From: Trichomonas gallinae
Lineage: Eukaryota
DNA length: 35,127 nt
NCBI GenBank assembly: GCA_008369845.1
Contig: MRSU01000062.1
Location: 1-35,127 of the forward strand
Reading direction: 5' to 3'
In this document: positions 29,152 through 35,127 of the stretch, in pieces
How positions within the stretch are numbered: the first letter of the stretch is position 1
Layout: every line of letters begins with the position of its first letter
Position numbers and translations under genes: made by a program
The notes under the pieces: model-generated
Database searches by the model: none
What the model saw: only the letters and a program-made list of their open reading frames with translations
Told to the model about the DNA's origin: nothing

Positions 29152-31230
29152 ATGAGCTCATTCACTGATCGCGCTGCTTTTAGGCTTATTCAGCAGGAAG
29201 TTGCAGCTGCCATCGGCGTAGATGTCGCTGAAATTCCAGCTGTTACATTTTGCAACCAACCAAATTATGACTTTTCAATGGCAATCGCAAAGTACGCTGC
29301 CAGCAAAAAGATTCCAGGACCAAAGTTCGCTACAGAACTCGCTCAGAAAGTCACAGCCTTTGCTGACAAGAAATTCATCACAGAATGCGCTGCTGATAAA
29401 ATCTACGTAAACTTCAAAGTTGATCGCACAGTATGCTTCCAGAACACATTCGATGTCGTCACAGCTATGGGTGACAGCTACGGTTCATCCCAGCTCCCAG
29501 AGCCAAAGACTGTCGATGTCGAGCACACATCTGCAAATCCAAATGCTTCTCTTCACATCGGTAACCTTCGTTCTGTTCTTATCGGTGCTCACCTCGCCCG
29601 CCTTCTCAAATGGGTCGGCTACAACGTTCGTGAGCTCTACTTCGTCAACGATCTTGGTGCCCAAATCGGCCTTACAGCTGTCGGCTATGCTCGCCTTAAT
29701 GGCAAGTTCCCACCGGGCTACAAGATTGACCACATGATCGGCTTCATCTACTCCATCATGTACACACTCAGCTCCGCTCAGGGCTTGAAGATCAAGTTCG
29801 ACGAACTTACATCCCACTTCGCTTCATACGTCCCACCAAAGGAGGATGATGAGGAAGAAGACAAGCCAGAAGGCGAAGACAAGAAGGAGAAGAAGGAAAA
29901 GACACCAGAAGAGGATATCATCGAAGCTGCCTGCCGCCTTCACCACGCTCACCCACAGCTTTGGGACTCCCTTCGCGCCTGCTTCACAGATGATGAGCCA
30001 ATCTCTGAAGTTGCTGCTAAGCTCAACAAGGACTACGAAGACAAGAAGCCAGAGGCTGTCGCCATCATCCGCCAGATGACAAACGCTACACTCACAGGCA
30101 TCCAGCAGACACTTGACACATACAACGTCAAGCACGACCGCTTCGACTTCGAGTCCGAAATCTCCTGGGAAGGCACATCCGAAGCCCTCCTCAAGACACT
30201 CAAGCAGTCCGCCTTCTTCCACCCACAGACAAACACACCAGAGAAGAAGCAGGGTGCTTACCTCGACCTCAACGCATACCTCGAGGCCATCGGCGCTAAG
30301 ATGGGCAAGGGTGGCTACCAGAAGCCATACCCACCGTTCTACCTTCTTCGTCCAGATGGCACAACACTCTACACATTCAGAGATGTTGCCTACTCCATGA
30401 AGAAGATCGGTGAGGCTGACATGGTCCTCAACTGCATCTGCACAGAGCAGAACCTCCCACAGGAGAAGGTCGTTCTCACACTCCAGGCACTCGGCATCAC
30501 AAGGCGTGCTCAGTTCCACATGGCTTACGAAATCGTTAAGCTCATGAAGGACGGCAAGGTCAAGAGAATGTCCTCCCGCCGTGGTATCTCCTTCCTCGCT
30601 GATGACCTCTACAGAGATCTCAAGGAAGCCACAAAGAAGGTCATGAAGGACCGCAAGGAGCAGAAGGTTAACCTCGAGGATGAGTCATCCGTCGAGAACA
30701 TCACACACACAATCGCAAACGCTTCCATGAAGTACGCCCTTCTCGCTGTCCACCCACGTAATGCCATCGAGTTCGATATCGCCAAGGCTGTCGACCCAAC
30801 AGGCAACTCTGCCGCCTTCATCCTCTACACAGGCGCCAGAATCTCATCAATCATCTCCAAGTTCGAGGCTGGCGTCAAGGATGGCACATACGCTCCACTC
30901 CCAGAGAAGGTTGACTGGTCCCTCATCATGAACGAGCCAATCGCTTGGGAAATCCTCACAAAGTACATCATGTCATTCGCTTCTGAAGCTGTCAGAGCTG
31001 GTATCCCAGATGTTCCACCAGCTCCAAAGCTTCCAGAGTTCGGCACACACATCATCCCATTCTTCGCTTACAACCTTGCCAGAACATTCTCATCATACTA
31101 CGGTCAGACACAGATTCTCAAGGCCGGCGATCCAGCTATCCACCCAAGAATCCTTCTTTGCAAGATGATCCTTCAGACACTCAACAACGCTATGCGCCTC
31201 TTCATGGTCGAACCACTCCAGGAGATGTAA
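29152..31230 (+). CDS. argS: Arginyl-tRNA synthetase (archaeal-like)
   Basis: VEHTSANPNASLHIGNLR (HIGH-type), YFVNDLGAQ, LRPDGTTLYTFRDVAY, RMSSRRG (KMSKS-type), GNSAAFILYTGARISSI and the terminal VEPLQEM. Start moved to ATG 29152. Confidence 0.95.
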   Translation: MSSFTDRAAFRLIQQEVAAAIGVDVAEIPAVTFCNQPNYDFSMAIAKYAASKKIPGPKFATELAQKVTAFADKKFITECAADKIYVNFKVDRTVCFQNTFDVVTAMGDSYGSSQLPEPKTVDVEHTSANPNASLHIGNLRSVLIGAHLARLLKWVGYNVRELYFVNDLGAQIGLTAVGYARLNGKFPPGYKIDHMIGFIYSIMYTLSSAQGLKIKFDELTSHFASYVPPKEDDEEEDKPEGEDKKEKKEKTPEEDIIEAACRLHHAHPQLWDSLRACFTDDEPISEVAAKLNKDYEDKKPEAVAIIRQMTNATLTGIQQTLDTYNVKHDRFDFESEISWEGTSEALLKTLKQSAFFHPQTNTPEKKQGAYLDLNAYLEAIGAKMGKGGYQKPYPPFYLLRPDGTTLYTFRDVAYSMKKIGEADMVLNCICTEQNLPQEKVVLTLQALGITRRAQFHMAYEIVKLMKDGKVKRMSSRRGISFLADDLYRDLKEATKKVMKDRKEQKVNLEDESSVENITHTIANASMKYALLAVHPRNAIEFDIAKAVDPTGNSAAFILYTGARISSIISKFEAGVKDGTYAPLPEKVDWSLIMNEPIAWEILTKYIMSFASEAVRAGIPDVPPAPKLPEFGTHIIPFFAYNLARTFSSYYGQTQILKAGDPAIHPRILLCKMILQTLNNAMRLFMVEPLQEM

Positions 31231-31339
31231 AATTTTATAATTATCATATTCCGACAAATAAAGTATACTTTACTAAAATTATGTTTTTTGTCATGTAAAC
31301 ATTAAATAAGGTTATTTTAACGTACAGTAAAAACTTAAT

Positions 31340-31702
31340 ATGACTTCTTGCAAGATTCTTCCACTTCCTAGGTCACCAACACAGCGCCATCGGCCTACAG
31401 CAGACCTAACATATGCAGATATTGAACAATCAATAACAGAAATGGGAAATGCAAAGTTATCGAAGTTTTCTGAAATTATTCTCGAGCAATTGGAAAATAC
31501 TGAACGCTCAAAACGTTTCGAAATCTTTGAGCCAGAGGAAATAAATATCAACAATACAAATCACGCTCAAACTACGGAAGAAGTTTGTCAAATGGAAGAA
31601 AGAGATAAAGCAATTTCAAAACAACTTGCAAAAATACGTGCACTAACATATGCTCTCGAACAAGAACAAAAATGCATTCGCTTAACACTTACAGGAAAAT
31701 AA
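31340..31702 (+). CDS. Hypothetical protein with C-terminal coiled coil (120 aa)
   Basis: ATG-initiated ORF between AT-rich spacers; helix ERDKAISKQLAKIRALTYALEQEQK. Confidence 0.65.
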   Translation: MTSCKILPLPRSPTQRHRPTADLTYADIEQSITEMGNAKLSKFSEIILEQLENTERSKRFEIFEPEEININNTNHAQTTEEVCQMEERDKAISKQLAKIRALTYALEQEQKCIRLTLTGK

Positions 31703-31933
31703 AATCAATCAAAAATTCTTATTTGGTACTGATTAATGTAATATTATTTAATTTATCTAGTAATCTCTATGAATCCATTCTTAACATTTGATTTTATCAT
31801 AATCAAAAAATTTTCAATGTTTGGAATGGAAATAGAGTATCTATTATACTATGTATGTAATATTAACATGTTATAAATACTTAATTATAAATAAAACAAA
31901 CAAAAACAAAGTCTTTATTAAACAAATAAATCT

Positions 31934-33385
31934 TCAATCACCTTTCCTGAATGTTTTGTACTGGAAATAGTCGCTTTGTGTTGTCCTCCATTCAGTATTC
32001 ATTCCACCGAGTTGAATATGGCTGCTCTGGAGCTTATTGTTCACTATTTCATTTCTCGTTCCATTAGTTGGATATTTGTAGTCAGATTTCATCGTAGACA
32101 TCATCTGTATTGAAGATGGATCTGCCATGCAAATTGGCTTTGAGTTTGAATCAAAGCGGATTGGCTCGCGTGGCCTTGCTTCCGGATGCGCGACATATGA
32201 TGTCTGATTTATTGTCTTGTTCGACTCAATTCCAGCAATTGTTTCGATATTCGCATGATGCTTAGTGTGGAACGCTCTAACTTCAGCAGGATCGATTCTT
32301 GTGTTCTGTCCTAATGGCAGTGGCATGAATGTTTCGCTGTAAAGCGATGATGTTTCATGCACATTTGATTCTCCGAGCTTTACATGCGAAGCATTGAGAT
32401 TCATATCGGCTGGCCTGGCTGGTTTGCCGTTGAGTGGTACATATGCATCTTGAGAAGAGCTCTTGAACGTTTCGTTGCAGTTCCTATAATCGTGATGTGA
32501 AATAAATGCAGTTTTTTCTGCGCGTTTTGGAGGATTTGAGTCTGGGTATCCTTTAAATGTCTCTTGATATGATGTTTTCTCAGTAGGATGTGATTTATTT
32601 CCAACTTCGAACTGAGATCTTTGCAATTGCGCTGTAGATATCTTTTGCTGTTCAATATCTGCTGGTGATATTGTGAATTTCTTGAAATCATGTTTGTTTG
32701 TTGTCTCGTATGTTATCGCATCGCCTCCAACACGTATAGATGTCTTTCGCACATCTGTATTATTATTTTTGTTAGGCTGATATGGTATTTTTCTGTAATT
32801 ATCGTGTGCCTCTGATACCAATACCTGAAATCCACCTTGATTTTCCATTGCTTCACGCATTCCATTTCCAGATCTCAAATCTGTAAGTGCGGGCTTTGCT
32901 GGATCCGGCTGATGGTACACGTGAGCTGAGCCAGAAGTTGTTGACCAATCACTGCTACCTGCTTGTTTTAAGTCAATGTGACTTGCTGCCAGTTGTTGAT
33001 GCGAGATTGTTGGTATGGGAACCCCTAATGATGAAGAGGCTTTGTATCTGTTCAAAGATTCGCGAGTTTCCATTGGCTGGTTGTTATTATCAATGATATT
33101 CGAGACATTTAAAGATTGACGAGTTAAAATTTGATCTTTTATAGGTAATGGATGCGCAATATACTTCGCTTTAGTTTCAGATATCATATCTGATGAGTCT
33201 CCGTTTCCCTGCCAGTGTGTTTTCTGCAGCTGAGCAGAATCTACATATTGCGGACGAGATTCTATTTCCTGTGGCTTAATATACGAGTTGTATGTTGTCT
33301 CCCAGTTCCCACACATGCCATTTGACTGTATATTGTCACGATTTGCATTTCCGCCATAAATTTTCGGAAAAACAGGATCCAGCAT
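31934..33385 (-). CDS. SAXO/TEX45-like microtubule-inner-protein repeat protein
   Basis: About 9-11 repeats of roughly 35-40 aa with consensus SH(I/F)xLG-x(5-7)-(T/S)TxxxxF/Y, e.g. ASHIDLK..WSTTSGSAH, ASHVKLG..SSLYSETF and SSHIQLG..WRTTQSDYF. Start moved to ATG 33385, preceded by AAAGTGA. Confidence 0.6.
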   Translation of the reverse strand: MLDPVFPKIYGGNANRDNIQSNGMCGNWETTYNSYIKPQEIESRPQYVDSAQLQKTHWQGNGDSSDMISETKAKYIAHPLPIKDQILTRQSLNVSNIIDNNNQPMETRESLNRYKASSSLGVPIPTISHQQLAASHIDLKQAGSSDWSTTSGSAHVYHQPDPAKPALTDLRSGNGMREAMENQGGFQVLVSEAHDNYRKIPYQPNKNNNTDVRKTSIRVGGDAITYETTNKHDFKKFTISPADIEQQKISTAQLQRSQFEVGNKSHPTEKTSYQETFKGYPDSNPPKRAEKTAFISHHDYRNCNETFKSSSQDAYVPLNGKPARPADMNLNASHVKLGESNVHETSSLYSETFMPLPLGQNTRIDPAEVRAFHTKHHANIETIAGIESNKTINQTSYVAHPEARPREPIRFDSNSKPICMADPSSIQMMSTMKSDYKYPTNGTRNEIVNNKLQSSHIQLGGMNTEWRTTQSDYFQYKTFRKGD

Positions 33386-33634
33386 TTTTTTCACTTTTTT
33401 TTCTTCGTTTTTTAGGAAAAATTTTTTTGTCCTTACATCATCAGCTTTTTTTACTTTTTCTGTTTAGATAAGAAACTAATCAGTAGATTTATCATATGAA
33501 ATCCTACCATTATCGATTAAAAAAAGCAAATTCATTATTTTAATTATGTTATTTGACCAATTTTTAACGACACAAATTCTTTTTAGACATTTTAATCGCT
33601 AAATCTTAACTAGATTTTGATATGAAATATTTGA

Positions 33635-33910
33635 ATTTGTCATGTAAATTGATTTTATTGGCATGTAAATTTCCGATATGTAAATTAAACTATTGTCTTG
33701 TAAAAAAATGGCATGAAAATTAAATAAATGTCGTGTAGAGTAGATTTATAACATGTAAATATTCAAATTATAATAATAGATTTTTGACATGTAAAAATAA
33801 CATATGTCGTGTATAATGAATTTATGACATGTAAATTTTCAAATTTATAGTATGATTATAGATTTATGACATGTAAAATTGAGAAGACAATAGATTTTTG
33901 ACATGTAATG
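33635..33910. repeat. Degenerate tandem array of (TAGATTT)..TGACATGTAAA units
   Basis: TGACATGTAA(A) at 33785, 33825, 33867 and 33899, plus variants at about 33639, 33660 and 33750; spacing about 32-42 bp. Confidence 0.7.
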
Positions 33911-34083
33911 CTTTCAAACAATGAACCACGAAAAAGTCGGCAAAACATCCGAAAAGCGTAAGAAAATGGTGCGTATTTCAGACAGAGGGGCAGCAGTGTA
34001 AGCCCCCCACATTGGAAAACGCATAACATGATGATCGGAAATTGTTCAAAATTTTCAAGAACGATGAATGAAAAAACTGACAA

Positions 34084-34908
34084 ATGTTTTTAATCTTTCT
34101 CGACCAAGTTTTCAGTGCAACAAGCACTATTTCACTTACAAATAACATCGATTACGTGAGATTATGTCCTGAGGAACAGACATCTTACAATATCGAATAC
34201 AGAACACGCGGAGATGTTGCGATTGCTGTTGTTGAAGCGCCACAGAATGTTTCATTCTCATATTCTTACCCAGCTGGCACATCTTCTAAGCAAATGGATA
34301 TGAAAGCGCCATTTTACAGATTCCCACAAGGAAATGTTCAAATTACAGCTGATCTTGCCAAAGATCAATGCGTCACACTTGCACACGTTACTTTACCAGA
34401 AGGCAAGCAAACTGCATGCTTGAATGGTCTCACAGTCTTTGTTCAAGATAAAATGGATTATTACGTACAAGAAACAAAGCCAAATACAGATATGTGCATC
34501 TTCTATGCGCCAAGTGCTTTCCGTTTGAGGTACATAGTTGACGCTCACATTAAAACAGACGAATTAATTGTTTATAAAGACGAAATGATTTCTGGAAACC
34601 ATTACGACTACTTCACAGGTGAAAGGACAATAGATTCTGTCCCATCAAATCATCCATTCATCTTCCGCCTTCGCACAAAGAATACAGCAGGCGGAACATT
34701 CACTCTCAACGGATCCGCTATAGAGACACGTCAATTCAATCTCAACTACTACGCTGATGCAAAGGTTGGTGAATTTGTTCCATTTGGAAATGCTTCCAAA
34801 TATTACATTTTCCCAATTATCGGATGTCTTCCAACAATCCTTCTTATCATTGGCTGGGTTGTCGCTTACAAGAAGATTCTTAACAAGAAGCCAGTCACAA
34901 TGAATTAA
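34084..34908 (+). CDS. Single-pass type I membrane/surface protein (274 aa)
   Basis: Short hydrophobic N-terminal signal, a beta-rich ectodomain with four Cys, a C-terminal TM segment (YYIFPIIGCLPTILLIIGWVVAY) and a short basic tail. Confidence 0.8.
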   Translation: MFLIFLDQVFSATSTISLTNNIDYVRLCPEEQTSYNIEYRTRGDVAIAVVEAPQNVSFSYSYPAGTSSKQMDMKAPFYRFPQGNVQITADLAKDQCVTLAHVTLPEGKQTACLNGLTVFVQDKMDYYVQETKPNTDMCIFYAPSAFRLRYIVDAHIKTDELIVYKDEMISGNHYDYFTGERTIDSVPSNHPFIFRLRTKNTAGGTFTLNGSAIETRQFNLNYYADAKVGEFVPFGNASKYYIFPIIGCLPTILLIIGWVVAYKKILNKKPVTMN

Positions 34909-35048
34909 TAAAGTTATTATTTTTATGTATATAAAGTCTACTTATTTCTAACCTCAATGAAACTATTCCAATATGAAATAATGATTTTTTTAAGCAAATT
35001 AAAACCATATAAAAATATTTTGGTTTTATCAAAAATGATTTGTAAAAC

Positions 35049-35127
35049 TAAGGATGTCGCAAGGTAACCCACCCACCTGTTTTGCGATACCCCAGGGGGA
35101 AAAGTGGGTTACCAGTGGGTTACCTGT
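35049..35127. mobile_element. Possible DNA-transposon terminus (truncated by window edge)
   Basis: Abrupt switch to GC-rich DNA starting TAAGGATG. AGGTAACCCAC (35062-35072) has inverted copies GTGGGTTACC at 35104-35113 and GTGGGTTACCT at 35115-35125. Confidence 0.35.

Noticed and set aside
29222..31055. Antisense and alternate-frame ORFs (up to 231 aa) inside ArgRS
   Set aside because: Same codon-bias artefact, with non-protein-like composition.
34028..34080. ATGATGA...CTGA box C/D snoRNA-like pair
   Set aside because: Only about 53 nt long, no convincing rRNA guide, and it abuts the start codon. Such words arise by chance in AT-rich DNA.
1..35127. Introns, tRNA, rRNA, CRISPR arrays, B12 riboswitch
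   Set aside because: On manual reading I saw no ACTAACACACAG-type intron end, cloverleaf, rRNA block, repeat-spacer array or cobalamin-riboswitch consensus. A covariance-model scan was not possible.

Overview
AT-rich eukaryotic genomic DNA with about 16 intron-less, single-exon genes separated by short AT-rich spacers. Several signs point to a trichomonad (Trichomonas vaginalis or a close relative; this is an inference): the highly expressed genes favour ACA/CCA/GCT/CTC/AAG codons, short core-promoter motifs sit next to start codons (Inr TCACTT, AAAGTGAC, CCTTT), and there is a hydrogenosome-type Fe-S protein. Recognisable genes: a class II (B12-dependent) ribonucleotide reductase, a tetraspanin-like protein, an [FeFe]-hydrogenase paralogue whose H-cluster ligands are eroded, ESCRT-III Vps20, a short TRRAP/Tra1-like PIKK pseudokinase, RPL27a, a multi-MRH mannose-6-phosphate-receptor-like protein, a RhoGEF(DH)-Kelch protein, a Med8-like protein, an archaeal-type ArgRS and a SAXO-like repeat protein, plus several hypotheticals. 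The most interesting signals are the probably catalytically dead hydrogenase with an intact electron wire, a recurrent TTTACATGTCA motif upstream of many genes, E2F-like sites upstream of the prokaryote-type RNR, a GC-rich hairpin at about 33.97-34.02 kb, and a possible transposon end at the right edge. All family calls come from reading motifs by eye; no database search was run.
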